Shown here piece by piece: positions 38,727 to 52,122 of a stretch of DNA of 64,000 bases; the first letter of the stretch is position 1, and each line of letters opens with the position of its first letter. Under the pieces are notes generated by a model that made no database searches, had not been told where the DNA came from, and worked only from the letters and a program-made list of their open reading frames with translations. The position numbers were made by a program, and so were the translations under genes. The stretch spans positions 98,396,001 through 98,460,000 of the forward strand of contig NW_024704743.1 in assembly GCF_018977255.1 (NCBI RefSeq), written 5' to 3'. Origin of the DNA: Callorhinchus milii (lineage: Eukaryota).

Positions 38727-40417
38727 GAACTTCATATATTACTATTACATTATGTTGATGTGTTATTATTACATTCAAACACATAGCATCACAATATAGC
38801 ACAAGTAATATAAAAAAGGTGCCTCCTGCACAGAGGTAAATTAATGCAATCACATCATTGTGGGCCACGCCTTATAAGATATATTTCTGTTGTATTCGCA
38901 GATACCCAATATGAAGCTCCATGCAGCCTCTATACAAGATTTGTGGAACTATATTTATAGAATATTATCGTACTCTGTGAGGTAACCACATGTGAAATGG
39001 ACATGCTTTTCTGGAAAAAGATTTGTATTTTTCACACAATTTCTTAGTCTGATCAAACATTTTTTAAATTAAAAAGTTAATCTGCCATACAGTGCTCAGC
39101 CTTAAATAGCAACTATTCCTATTCAATGTGTTAATTAAAAAATATTATACATTTATGTGTTGACACAAAAGAATAACACAGTTCTGCCAGCCTGAAAGGA
39201 TTTGTGAATACATTTCTCATTAAGCATTAAAAGCTTGACTTATTTTAAGACATTTTGTTTCCTATTTTAATTTCAGTATTTATTACTCACTTGCACAAGA
39301 TGATCTTTAAATTGCTACAAAGCACTCCCCTCCTGGATGGGTCGACATCTTAATTTATTGAAGGAAAATCAACCTCCTAAGAAGCATGATCAACACGATC
39401 TGGCAATGATGGGTTAAAAAATGATCAGACTAATTGACATTCGTCATGACTGCCAATCCTAAAGCTGAAGTACCTATCTAGGCCTTTTTTTTGGCCTTTC
39501 AGAGTTTTTAAAATTCAACTCATCTTTTTACTGAGTTTTTCAAACTTCTACCGATACTTGCTGATACCTCACTGTAAAAGCAAGATGTACATAGGTACTT
39601 GGAAAGGTTAATCCGTGAATGCCATTTTCAGAAAATTGCTATGATTTGAAACAATAATAATCATTGAAATCTTTCAAGTATTTTTTTTCAGAGAAACTGC
39701 ACCTGCAGGTGATGCTTTTAAAGTATGGAAGCATATTTTTGTAACTTGCTCTTCGAATACCCTAAAAACAGAACCAAGCATTATATATTTAAAAAAATCA
39801 GTGGTTGGAAATCTTCATAACTTAAATCTGCTTCCTTCCTTCTAAACGCTTTCTATTTTGGGTTTCTCCACTCTATAGGGAACTAGACATTCCACTGAAT
39901 TCAATGTCAGCAAGTGGCTGTGTTGTAAATTCAGGTAATTATCTGAGCAGGTATAGGAGGAATCTGATCCAGAATAATTACCAGTCACCACTTCTACCTG
40001 AACTTATGACTCTCCTCACAAGGTAGACTTTTAAAAATAATACCAAGTTGCCACTGGATGTACTTCTCCATACATTTAACTTTTCCTTTAATTTAAGATG
40101 TAGCATAATCACGCTACAGGAGCCTTAGGCATGAATACAGTCTCACATGTTGTCAGGTTAAAGATGATATAACTCCAATAATTAAAATATTGAATGAATG
40201 TCATCGGGCTGTGACTTAGTACTGAATTACATTTCATTGTACTGATTTTTATTTTTCCTGTTTTTATAAATATCTTTCCAAAGGGGATATCTCTAATATT
40301 GCAATATCTTACATTTATTGCACTATTAAAACTCTAATAAAAGACATCTAATAATATGCTGCTGTAGTTCATAGCTGGATTTCAATTCACACAATTTCAT
40401 TGAAAATTGCCTTGATA

Positions 40418-40665
40418 TTTCCAGAGGGTATTGAGAATGTGGAACTGACTGTGGGGAGTTCCACATTCTCAATACCCTCTGGAAAGGGTATTGAGAATGT
40501 AGAAGAAGCATCGGCACATTTAAGAGGAAATGATGCATACATCAGAGAGAAGAGAACAGAGGAGTATGGGTGAGGGGATTAGTTGGGGTGGAGGCTCCTG
40601 TGAAATATAAACACTAGCATAGAGTAGTTGGGATGAATGGCCTATTTCTGTGCTGTAACGGTCTA
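40418..40665 (+). mobile_element. CR1 3' fragment with a 29-bp perfect inverted repeat at its 5' edge
   Basis: 'cagagggtattgagaatgtggaact' (CR1 QRV.R.WNS), then CR1 3' UTR 'gaatggcctatttctgtgctgtaa'; inverted arms at 40418-40446 and 40457-40485. Confidence 0.75.
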
Positions 40666-40932
40666 TGTAATTCCATTCTCCATGTTAACTACACTTTGGT
40701 TTCTCTTCCACTCTGCGTGCCCCACTGAGATTGAATTAACTATAATCAGCAGCTTCACAAAAAGATTCACTCGTACTAATCTGCACAGAAAATTTCCTGC
40801 ATTTGTCCTTTGTGGAAATTATTTAGAAGTCAAGTTTTATTTTATAAAATTGGAGCATTGAATATTGAACAATTAAATTGCAGTTTCAACAGCATCTAAA
40901 GTTATAAAGCTTGGTGGTGGACTTGCTGTGCT

Positions 40933-40984
40933 CGGTACTGCACTTGCCTCTCCCGCAAGTGCGGTAGAGGCAAGTGCAGTAGCG
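40933..40984. repeat. Near-perfect hairpin palindrome
   Basis: TACTGCACTTGCCTCT (40936-40951) and AGAGGCAAGTGCAGTA (40966-40981), plus inner CCGCA/TGCGG. Confidence 0.95.
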
Positions 40985-41666
40985 GTGTACAAGTTGTGCG
41001 ATTGTTAATACGACTAGTGCAGATAAATTTAAGTGTATTTTATAGGAAATTCAACAGAACTTGGGCAGATGTACAACTTACATGATTATATAATTTATAT
41101 AGATTAGACTCATGCACATTTTACTGTAATATCAGTGTTCTTGGTACTTCAAATAACAAAGATATGCTTAATTAGGAATTCTACAATTGCCAACTACTCA
41201 CATATTTAAAAACTAAAAATGTGTAAGTATTTAAGAGTGGCCCATGGAGATATTTCCTCTAAACTTTCTTCTCTCTCTCCCTGAGGGAAAACTCATCTGC
41301 TGTTCAGCATTTCCCCAGTTGCAAATCAGAGATTGAGAATTCACCAAATGAGGAATAGCAAGTAATGATGCGTCAAACATTCAAAGAGATAGTCGGCTTG
41401 TTAGACAAGTATGTACTTGTAATTGCTTTAGGTGTTTAAGTTTAACCAATGACAAAAACTATTAGGTAGAAACAGGCAGGAAAGCATGCTTATAAGATGA
41501 CTCATTTATATATTAATTCAATCTGACTCAAGTTCTTTGTTTGACAAAAATGAACAATCAAATGGCAGCATGAAAATTTATCACAGCATCCAAGTTGTCA
41601 AACTAAAATCAGATTGAAATTATTCAACATTGATAAATGCTCTATCCCATCTATAGAATTGTGTAT

Positions 41667-41762
41667 ATAATAATAATAATCCTTGCATTTTATATAGCGC
41701 TTTTCACGTTTTCTAGACGTCTCAAAGCGCTTCACAGAATATACTGTAAAGTGAATTGACTG
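41667..41762 (-). mobile_element. Young SINE 3' fragment
   Basis: 'aataataataatccttgcattttatatagcgcttttcacgttttctagacgtctcaaagcgcttcacag'. Confidence 0.9.
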
Positions 41763-43407
41763 ATATAATCTTGATTTTTAACTTCCAAAACGTTGTCACT
41801 GGCAGACAGGAAATGCCTAATCATCAGCATAATCTATCTACACTTTAGCAAAGCTCACGTAAAGTATTATGCAAGTTAATTAAAACTTTTTTTTCAACTC
41901 ATCCATGCATCATTTCTTTCTCCCTCATTTGAGTGTTCAGGTGTTGATTTCAGTATAATATAGGATAAATGGTAGATGACAAATTGGAAAGTGTAAAGTG
42001 CCAGTGATCATCTGGTGAAGCTATTTCCATGATCCTTATCAGTTCTGTTCATGATAACATTTTCCTTATAAAAATAAGAAAGATTATTAACTGTTAATTA
42101 TCAATTGCAAAACATGGCATTACTTCAAAATCAATGGCATCATTGCTGATAAAGGACTAAAAATGTCTCACACTCACAGTTTATCCAATTTGATATCTTA
42201 AGATTCGCGGGAGAGGAAAGATTTCACCTGAGATACATCCATATTCTTGTCCTTAAAGTGTAATTAAATTGGTGTAATCCAATAAATTATCTATCAACCA
42301 TTTTTAAAGTATCTTATGTGATAAACATAAAACCTGAAACGAAGAATATTGTACATGTGAATGAAAATCCAAATGGTTATCACTTTTCCTTTCACTATCA
42401 CTATTCTCAGTACATTATACTTCATGCAGCTTTCTTTAACAAAGCTATTCATAAAAGTCATGTTTCTTTTTAAGACTTGTTTGTTTTTAGGCACTTTCTC
42501 TAAATGTGATTTCTTGAGTTCCTTGAAAATGTAATTTGCTGTCTCTTAACTTCTACTTTGACAACCTTGCTTTGTAAGGCGAGCTTCTGCCATCAGTGGT
42601 TCGAGTGCCAGCCTGATAATAAGGTTTGGATCTTCTTCAAGAGACTGAAATGTTATGCACTTCAAGGGAATACATTTCAGCAAAGGAGACCAAGGGTTAA
42701 AGGAAACACGTCTAGATTCGGTCAGGTTGGCTTGGTTGATTACAGTCTGAATTTAGATCATCAATTTGAGAAGGATTTGATCAGATTGGAAATCTACCAT
42801 GCTGTAGACTTTGGCATTCCACTGCTTATTGCAATGCAGTGCAGTTCTATTCTTATTGGCAAGAGGATTGAGGAACTATGAGGTGTGGATTTCTGTGAAG
42901 GTTGAACTGTTGCCAACACAACTCTTGGCAACAGGGCCTTTCAGATTACTGAGACCACTGAAGATGGTCAGAGATGTAGATCAGTGGGAAGTATACATTG
43001 AAGGGTTAGGAACAATTTGCTAATGTGACACCTCTGATTTCACTCATACTTGCTGTAAAATTAGGTTTGGCAGAACTTTGTCCCCATCCACACCAGTCTC
43101 ATCTTGATAACAGAAAAGTATCCAACTCTATAAGTTCAAACATCATTTAATCTTTTCTGGATTGTCTGTTACACAACATTCAGAACAGTTTCACATCTTG
43201 CTGAGAATGCATTTGACCTTATCATAAGTTCTCATGGGGCGGTGTCATGTACATGGGTTCTGTGAAAGAGACGCATGTTCGGCTGCCATTACCCCCATAA
43301 AACCTTTTCAAATTTTAATGTGTTGTGAAATGAATACTTCTGTGCATACAAATTACTAGATCTACCATTGAGTGCATGTTCAGTGGACTTTTTTCCATAC
43401 TTCATCA

Positions 43408-43625
43408 TGTCAGCTTGGCTGAATCAGTAGCAATCTCGACTCTGAGTCAGAAGGTTGTGTCATTGGGATTTTGAGCTCACAGTCTAGGCTGACACACCAG
43501 TGCAATACTACGTTATCAGAGGGCCATCCTGATGAGACATTTACTTTACATATATCCTGTGAAACACTATAAGATGTTTTGATGACATCATAAGGCACGA
43601 TAACAAATGCAAGGAGTGTTATTAT
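43408..43625 (+). mobile_element. Internally deleted Deu-type SINE
   Basis: Head 'gtcagcttggctgaatcagtagcaatctcgactctgagtcagaaggttgtg' joined to the tail 'aaatgcaaggagtgttatta'. Confidence 0.75.
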
Positions 43626-43954
43626 CATCTTCAAACAGCTTTTATCTGACAAGAACCTTAAGTCCACACAATGAACAGATACTTGATTGCTTGTCAACAT
43701 TGGAAAAGGCTTGCTACCTTTGAACAGTTATGTTGCTCCACTGTTAAGCTCAATGCGAATACATTGTTTGTTAATGGCAGATACATCCCTGCTTCTAAGA
43801 AAACTGGAGAATTAGAAAAATACATCTCCCTGTACTGCAAGACTATTTTTTTACTCTTGGACAGCATCCTCCAGATTTCTCAAGTGGGGGTATATTGTGT
43901 GGGTGTGTTCAATACAACAGAAGTAACATGCCAACATTAGTGGATACAATAAAG

Positions 43955-44172
43955 AGTGATTAAATTAATGTACGGAACTGTGCACCTGAAGTATGAGAAG
44001 GGATTGCAGATGCTTGGTATGTTTATATTGAAAAAAATAATAGAGGCTTGAAGTGGTATAGGGATAAGGCATGGCAGTAGAATTGTATGAACATCTTGCT
44101 CTGGGATCTGTTTCAGACTCAATGGGCCCAAAGTCGTCCTCCTGCATTGGAAATTTCTATGATTCTGTGATT
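43955..44172 (+). mobile_element. CR1 3' fragment
   Basis: 'aagtatgagaagggattg...cttggtatgtttatattg' (Y.ERL..LG.FSL-like) and tail 'tttctatgattctgtgatt'. Confidence 0.65.
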
Positions 44173-44869
44173 TTAATTCAAGGGTAATTTGAATGGAATG
44201 CTTCAGATTTTAACTGAAAATGACAGTGAGCGCAATTGTAAAAGAGAATTGGATATACTTTTAGTGTAGGATGGGGAGGATGAGTAAAATTGGGAGAAAT
44301 GGTATTTGAAAATCAAGTCAGATTAAAATGGTCTTTCCCAGCCTTACATATTTCTAGATTCCTAAAAAATACATACTAAACTATCGTTTGTATTATGACC
44401 CCTTAAGTTGTTGAACTCAAGGTGGTATGGCAATACATGATGGATCAGTATGACTCCATATTTTGAAAAAGTGTCAAATCAAAAGATTCTTTGAAAAAAG
44501 TCCCATAAAGCTATGGAACCGTGGTCCCCTTCATGTGACAAGCATGGATGAGGGGAACAAATCTTTATGACACATAGACACTCACAAATTCAGACACTCA
44601 GAGACTCATTGTTGAGTAATTATGCACAAGAGTCCAAGACTGAATTGGTTATCGTGGGTGAGCAAGACAGATACCTCACTGGTGAACAAAATTTATCAGC
44701 CTCAAGGCTAGATTCAACCTGAATCTAGATCAGGTTTGAAAAGGCTTATCATCTACAGCATATGAATTCTCCATTATATAGATTTGCAATTTAAGTGTTT
44801 ACATGTTGTAATTACATTATAAAAATACAATTATGATGAATACCCTACATTGTTTCAAGTGCCCAATTT

Positions 44870-45375
44870 CATAAGATCACAAGCGAATTTCAGATGAAGA
44901 AGACCCTTTGGTCCATTTGATCTCATCCTTTCAGAATATCTATCCATCTTCCCATCACAGCATCAAGTTATTTTTTAATGTATCCAGTGTCCTGGCCTCA
45001 ACTACCTTTCTTGGTAACCTGTTTCAGTCATTAATTATCCTCTGAGTAATAATAATCTTTCATTTGATATAGCAGATCGGTAGGACACTTCAGGCACTAC
45101 ACAGGATATCCTGTGAAATGTAATGACCATGTATTTTTGTGGGCAAACAAGTAAATAAAATACTGGTGCCTATCCAGAAATTACCCTTTGCAACTCCAAA
45201 CCTGTATTCCATTGTTCTGCTGACTCAGTTCATCCAAAAGTATTGTTTTGGGTTTACTTTCTCAATCCGATTTAAAATCTCGTATACCTTTACAAAATCC
45301 CCTGTGAGACGTCTCCTTTCAAGGCTGAAGAGCACCAGCTTGTCTAATCCTTGCTCGTAACTCATTCATCTAAAC
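44870..45375 (-). mobile_element. CR1 3' fragment interrupted by a SINE piece (about 45046-45150)
   Basis: Reverse CR1 tail 'cataagatcacaag', 'ctcctttcaaggctgaagagcaccagcttgtctaatccttgctcgtaactca'; nested 'taataataatctttcatttgatatagc'. Confidence 0.7.
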
Positions 45376-46204
45376 TGAGGAATATAACAAACAATGGCCT
45401 TCGTTTCTTCACAGAAATGTTTGTTTGCTCGGTGTTTACAGTCTGAAAGGAGTAACTTAACTGATTAATTTCAGTCAATATGCTTCATGCACATACTGCA
45501 ACTAGTACAGACGCACTTTCTCTCTCTCTATTGCATCTTTCTTGCGCTTCAAATTGAGTTATAAACTATTTTAGGTTGAAAAAATGTATTCTGTCAGTAC
45601 ATTTCACACCACATTTAATACTGAAGGTCACTACAGCTTGGGAACACTTTATCCTTTGAACTAAAGATTATTACAGGAATACCATGATATAGCTTTCCAG
45701 CTAATTCAACATCAATGTTGTATTCTTCAATTAGGAATTCAGTAATTATTTTTGAAAAGCTCTGTTCATTAAATGTCATGAACAGGTTATCTGGTTGTAA
45801 GTATAAAAAATGAAATTCATATCTCTTAGCGCAAGAGTAAGATAAGACATTATTATATACTCTTGATGTTGAAAAATTTGCAGTAGGGAGCTACATTTAA
45901 ATACCAAATGAGCTGGTATAAAATATTGGCATTTAAATTAATTTGCAGCATTGTCTGCCATGATAAAATCTGAAGAGGTGCCTAAAACAAATATATTTTA
46001 ATGAACAGTTTAGTAATCACCTGATGCAATCCAATGAAGATTAACATCATATACCACAGGAATAATGCTTGAGTGGTTGTAAATCCATGTAAATCCATAA
46101 AATTGAATTACTGAAAAATTCCAAAAATTGAAAATTGAAACAAACCCCTCCGATTGGTTTTTGTGCTGCCCACTCAAAGTGACAAATGACATTTTGTCTA
46201 TCTA

Positions 46205-47432
46205 GGACCAGGTCTCCTCATCCTCCTTGACCTCTCTGCTGCTTTTGACATCGTTGACCAGTCTATTCTCCTCCACCGCCTCTCCTCTCACCTCAATCTT
46301 CATGGTTCTGTCCTTCACTGGTTGAAATCCTACCTTTCACACGTATCCACAAACGCCTTCTCCTCCAGCTCCCGCACCATCTCATGCGGTGTTCCTCAGG
46401 GCTCTAGCCTTGGTCCTCTCCTCTTCAACATGTACATGCTCCCTCTTGGGGTCAATTTCCGCATGTAGGCGGATGATACTTAACTCTATCTCTCTGCCTC
46501 CACCCTCAACACCAGGATCACTGCTGCCCTGACAGAATGTCTGTCAGACATCAAGTCCTGGATGAGAGCTAACTTTCTACAGGTCAATGTCAACAAGACC
46601 GAGGTCCTCCTGATTGGCGCCCATCAGCGCCTCCACACCTCAGGCACTGACAGCATCACCATCCAAGGATGCACACTTAAATTAATTTGCAGCATTGTCT
46701 GCTGTGATGAAATCTGAGGAGGTGCCTAACTAAGCCATTCTGGACCTTGGTATCTTATTTGACCCTCAACTGTCCTTTCTACCCCACATCCGTGCCACGA
46801 CCCGCTCTGCCTTCGCCTATCTCCCCTCAGACCACCAATACCCTCATCCACTCATTTAGCACATCTAGTCTCAACTACGCCAACTCCCAGCTTGTCGACC
46901 TTTCCAACTCTTTCCTCCACAAGCTGCAGATCATCCAGAACTCTGCAGCTAGTGACTTCTCCCGCACCAAGCTCCGTGATCCTATCACCCCCACCCTCCC
47001 CCAGCTCCACTGGCTCCCCATCCCCCAAAGGATAGAGTTCAAAATCCTCGTCCTCGCCTTTAAAGCCTTCCATGGCCTTCCTTCTTCCTACCTCTGTGAC
47101 CTGTTAACCCCATATCAACCTATCCACTCCCTCCACTCAGCCAGTTTTGGCCTGATCCATGTCCCCCTTCAGGCCTACCTCACCATCAGCGGTCAGGCCT
47201 TCAGCCTCTCTGACTCCACACTTTGGAACTCCATCCCACAGTCCGTTTACCTTCCTAGTATTCCTTGCCTCCTTTAAGGCATGTCTCAAGAACTTCCTCT
47301 TTGACTTCTGTCTTCTGTCACCCTCCTGCCCCCACTCGCCCCGTCCTCCACCCCCGTGATTCCAAATCCCTGACTGTCCAACGCCTTAGGATGTCCTCCC
47401 GACGTGAAAGGCATGCCAATGTAATTTGTCAT
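46205..47432 (+). mobile_element. 5'-truncated L2 LINE (RT domain to 3' tail), pseudogenised
   Basis: Translations [33 protein letters not shown] (decayed YADD), KLQIIQNSAA, LHWLPIPQRIEFKILVLAFKA; ends in the L2 tail 'ggatgtcctcccgacgtgaaaggc'. Confidence 0.95.
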
Positions 47433-48245
47433 TTTCACATGTGTGACAGTACTTCTTTGTGGATGTTAACTCATGCAACAATAATATGGAAGATTCTCAC
47501 TGATAATTTACATTACATTAATTGCTGGCCAAAAAAGGCCAACAAAGTGAAAGAGAATGTCTTCACACGCAACACATATTGTAAAAAAAAAGGAATGATT
47601 TCAAGACAGCAATTTCATTGAAGCGTTCAGATAATGGCTATAAATTACGCTAGCATTGTTCTTCAAGTTAAGGTATCAAATTGCCCTCTTTTAATCACTT
47701 CCAAGTATTATAAATCCAATCCCTTCCTTTGTAAGTTACCAATTATGTTAACAAAAAAAAGTCAACACCAATCAAACATGAGAGATGAGGCGTTGTTAGC
47801 ATTTAATAAACCAAGAATTAATACCTAAAAAACACATTCAGTATCATTTTTTATTGTTTATTTTGGTCAGCTGGGTGTCTGACACATGGAGAAACCCATC
47901 ACCAAATAAGCAGTCTTTAATACAGGAGTTAAAATAAAATCTCTATTTAAATCTTCTCTCTTTAAATCTCATCATTTTGCAAAAAGACACAATGGAATGC
48001 AGTCTGTCTCCTATGAAGTGATCCATGCCAAGAAGAAACGTAAAGTCTAACTGTCATGAATTTTTCATCCACTTAATCTCCTGAAGGAACCTGGTGCTTA
48101 ATTGCTCCAGGACTCCCTCACAGATAATCAAGAAAACTCCAGAACAACCATCTATCCAAATATCTCCACGAATGAAATCTTGCTATTTGCTTTGCCCACT
48201 TCTCAAGATCACGGGAATGATCATGTTCTGTGATGCATTTTATTA

Positions 48246-48560
48246 TAATAATCCTTGCAGTAGATATAGTGTCTTATCACATCATTGAGACATCTCAAAG
48301 CATTAACAGCATATACTGGAAAACACAATCACTGCATGTATTTTATGGGCAAATGCAGCAGCCAATATGCACACAGTAGTTTCTCACAAACAGCCATGAA
48401 GCGAATGAGCTATTTTACTTGGGAGATTGTTTGCCAGGATACCAAGAGAAACTCCCTTCTCTTTTCAAATAGTGCCATGGGATCTGCACAGGGAAACAGA
48501 GTCTCAATTTAAAGTCTCATCTGAAAGACAGCATCTCGCTTAGCATTGGAGTGTCAACAA
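48246..48560 (-). mobile_element. Old Deu-type SINE
   Basis: 'ataataatccttgcag', 'gcagccaatatgcacacag', 'aatagtgccatgggatct' and 'tctcatctgaaagacagcatctc'. Confidence 0.8.
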
Positions 48561-48924
48561 AGGCAATATGGTCTGGGCATTACTGAAGTTACTGAAGGCT
48601 TAGCCACTGATGGTGGCGGGAAGTGAGTGGGGAAAATGTAACACACGTGATTGTAGATATGAAGTTATTTATAAATCAGGATGAGGAGATTGAAGTTCTG
48701 AAGTCCCTAAAGAAGTGTTCAACTCCCTTTAGGGTAAGTAGAGGAGGTAGGAAAAATGTACTTTTCTAGTAAATTAGTGAGAGGGAGGGAGTTGTTGACG
48801 CTTTACTTGCCAGTAAGTTTAGTACTTGTTAAAATTTTGTGAACTATGAAGGTTGTAGAAGTGATTTAATCATAGATGAAGTTTAGTGATTTTTTAAAAT
48901 ATACAACAGGTGTGTTGAGATCAT

Positions 48925-49172
48925 ATCTCCCGCCCTATCAACCCCAGCATCGGTAGGTGAGCTTTCAACCATACTGCCCCCACTCTCTGGAATTCCAACC
49001 GTAGCCCACTTTCAAAACCTGCCTCAAAACATCTCTTTGATTGCTCTTGGTCATATTTCTCCCCAAATGCTTCACCTACCCTTCCCCCAACTAGGTGCTC
49101 AGACAGTTTGTGAAGTGCTTTTATATTTCTTTTTGAATTGAAAGGTGATATATAAATGTTTAATTGTGTTGT
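48925..49172 (+). mobile_element. L2 3' fragment
   Basis: 'gctttcaaccatactgcccccactctctggaattcc', 'ctcaaaacatctctttga' and 'gaaaggtgatatataaatg'. Confidence 0.75.
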
Positions 49173-51439
49173 TTAGATTATTATATATTATGTCAAATAA
49201 TAGTCTTTCAGATCATGAATTGTGAGTCAGGAGACAAAATAGTCAACTTTGAAAACACTTGTTGGGGGAGGGGAAACCATCCGCACACTCACATTGAATA
49301 CTTAAGGAATCTCGTAATTTACTCCACTCATTAAAGTCCAAGCTTAAGTTTAAAGGACTGAATAATAGAACTTAGGCATGAGACAACATGAAAATTAATT
49401 TGTATAATGCAATTGTGTTCTGGAGTGCTTAAATCATCTATAAATTGTGGCTTGTGATAGAATTGGCTGGAAATAACTAGTATTTAAATATTGCATTTAT
49501 AATTATACTTGGGTAAGCTGCTAAGTCTTCACTTAACTACCAACTATTTGAAACTGCAACATTTCATACACTAGTCAATTAATTTTTATTCATCACTAAA
49601 TAAAAATCTGGTGGTAGGGAAGTTGATCAGCAGTATTGCATCAGTACTGTGCTTTGGGACATCCTCTAAACGTCGTTATATAAATGTAAATTTGTATTGT
49701 ATTGCATTCTAATCAGATATAGCTGCATATTTGCACCTCATAACTTTGGTCAATCCTGCTTATGTGCTTACAATGTGAATTTTAGCAGCAATTATGCAGG
49801 CTGTTATGGAGTACAACATTATGATGAGCAACATCTGAAGAAAGCAAGGGGGGAGGGCAGAGATAAACCTAAATTGGATTAGAATTGATATGATATCATT
49901 GCTGTATAATCTGGCAAAAAAAAAACAGCAGCCTATAACTGCAATGCAGTACCCTGTAATTTTTTTTCACATAGAACACTTGAATATTCATTAACTGAAA
50001 AACAGTGAAGTTAAATTAATCTGATTAGGGACCAACTGATCATATCTTACCAAATGGGCAGAGCATTTACTATAACTAATAACCTTCATGAATTATATCT
50101 GAGTGGATTGTAGGAATCAGTAGAGACTGGAAAGAAAGACAATACACTCCAGGGACAGTGTACAGTACCAGCTAGGAATTGAAAGGAGATTTGAGTAAAA
50201 CAGGAGACTACACAGGGGGAGAACAATGTGCAGAGATAAGAGATCAGCATGAAGCACAAGTTCATCCAGTGGCAATGTTTGAGCAAAAAGGTTCAAGAGA
50301 AATGATTAAAGAGAACTCTCTTCAGCGGATTATGTAGTAAATTGAAAGATTTAACTGAATTCTGCAGATTATGTAATTTTACAATACTTCTTTCTCAGTT
50401 TATATCCTGAAATAACTATAACGTACAAAACATAATCAAAAGTGCTCGACATTTGTAAAAATTATTTCACATTCTGTCATTCTTTTTCCCTTCTAATAAC
50501 TGAACTGGAGAGTTTTTGAAGAAACTCATGAAGGAGACTGCCATGTTTAAATGAATAACTAAACTTCTATTGTGTTTGCAGTTAAGTGTCAGTCCTGTAA
50601 TTATGATCAGTATTGACACATGATTCCACTGGTGAGGTGACATTCACTGGAGGTAGGTAGTTTTTATAGCTCTCATTACGTATGAAAGAGAGGCAGTCCA
50701 TTTGCAATTATATGGTGATATGCCTTAGTTAAGCAAATTAAATACAAGATTTTTTATGACAGAAAAAGACTACGCACAGCTTGTGCCAACACAACCTCCT
50801 ATTTACTGTCAGAGTGAGAACGGTCAGGTTGATTTGGTTCTGAAAAGCCTGGGATCAGGGTGGTTGGTTGGTGGGTGGGTGGTGTTAGAAGAAATGGCAC
50901 CAGAAGAAATTTCTGCCACAGCAAGACAATTCAATTGGAAACACTAACAAAATTGACCATAATGATAACCAACCTTTGTGTTTGCAGGCAAACATCCTTA
51001 ATTGCAACTGTTTTCCTTGCCCTTTCAACTAAATCAATGGAAAACACATTACTACATTTTGACAAAAATCTATCAGTCTTGAGGTTATTGGTTTCAACAA
51101 TCAATGACATAAGAAATATTAGAAATGTATTTTCAGCCCTGGGGCTGTTCGAATCATACTCACATATCCTGAGGCAAACTAATCTTAGTGTTAGGCAGAA
51201 TGTTGGAATGCAGTCTCCTCCTAACTAATAAGCCCCCCGTGGATGCTCATACATACTGCTTTGGTTACAAACCACACATTTCAGAATTCCTACCTTTGCC
51301 TAGTTTTAAAAAGGGAATCTTGGGAGCTATATTATGTTGTGTTTCTTACATTAAAGCTACAGCCCAACTCCTTCAGGGAGTTTGTTAATATGCAATCCAA
51401 TTGAACCTAATAATAATAATCCTTGCATTTGATACAACA

Positions 51440-51722
51440 ATTTGCATCTGTATACCAGAGCCAGGCAAGCAGAGGTGGCTGGTAGTGGAATGTGGAGTAA
51501 GTTGGTCAGAGAAGTAGGGAGGTGCCAGGGCAAGAATGAACATGAGGATCCTGAAATTGATCCATTCTGTGATAGAGAGCCAGTGAAGCTTGGCAAGGAC
51601 TGGTTTAGTGTGGTTGAGTATAGGGTCAAGGAGGTTTGAATCAATTGGATTTTGTGGATAGTGGAGCTGGCACAAATGGCGAGGAGGGAATTGGAATAAT
51701 CGAGGTGCGAGGTGATGAAAGC
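51440..51722 (-). mobile_element. L2 ORF2 3' fragment
   Basis: ORF 51385-51675(-) contains PVLAKLHWLSITEWINFRIL...LAPPYFSDQL, an L2 motif. Confidence 0.8.
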
Positions 51723-51784
51723 AACAACAATTTTATTTATATAGTATCTTTTATGTGGAATCCTGTATTGTAGTGAATAAATAA

Positions 51785-52122
51785 CTCACCACACAAGCGA
51801 AAGGATTTGATTCCTAGACAGGACAAAACGTTGGCCAGCTTTCCTTACTCCACACACCTTTGTTTACCTAGCAGTAAGTAGGATCCTGGTTGTTAGTCAA
51901 TTGGCGGATCGCTTTTCCGGGGGGAAATAATCCCTTCAAAAATAAAATAATAATTTGGTTACACAATCCAAAACTATTTGTGGGACACTACTGTGTGCAA
52001 GTGGTTGTCACGTTTCGCCCCAAAAATATATCAATTCACTTTACAGTATATTCTGTGAAGTGCTTTGAGATGTCTCGAAGATGTGATAAGGCGCTATATC
52101 AAATGCAAGGATTATTATTATT
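51785..52122 (+). mobile_element. Young SINE, longer form
   Basis: 'caagcgaaaggatttgattcc', 'tgtttacctagcagtaag' and 'gcgctatatcaaatgcaaggattattatta'. Confidence 0.9.

Noticed and set aside
42907..42934. 10-bp stem hairpin (similar one near 57260-57285; 14-bp palindrome at 21764-21777)
   Set aside because: Too short to distinguish confidently from chance in 64 kb.
46747..47277. Longest ORF (176 aa) as a host gene
   Set aside because: It is the post-RT part of a decayed L2 ORF2; the upstream RT has stops, including in YADD.
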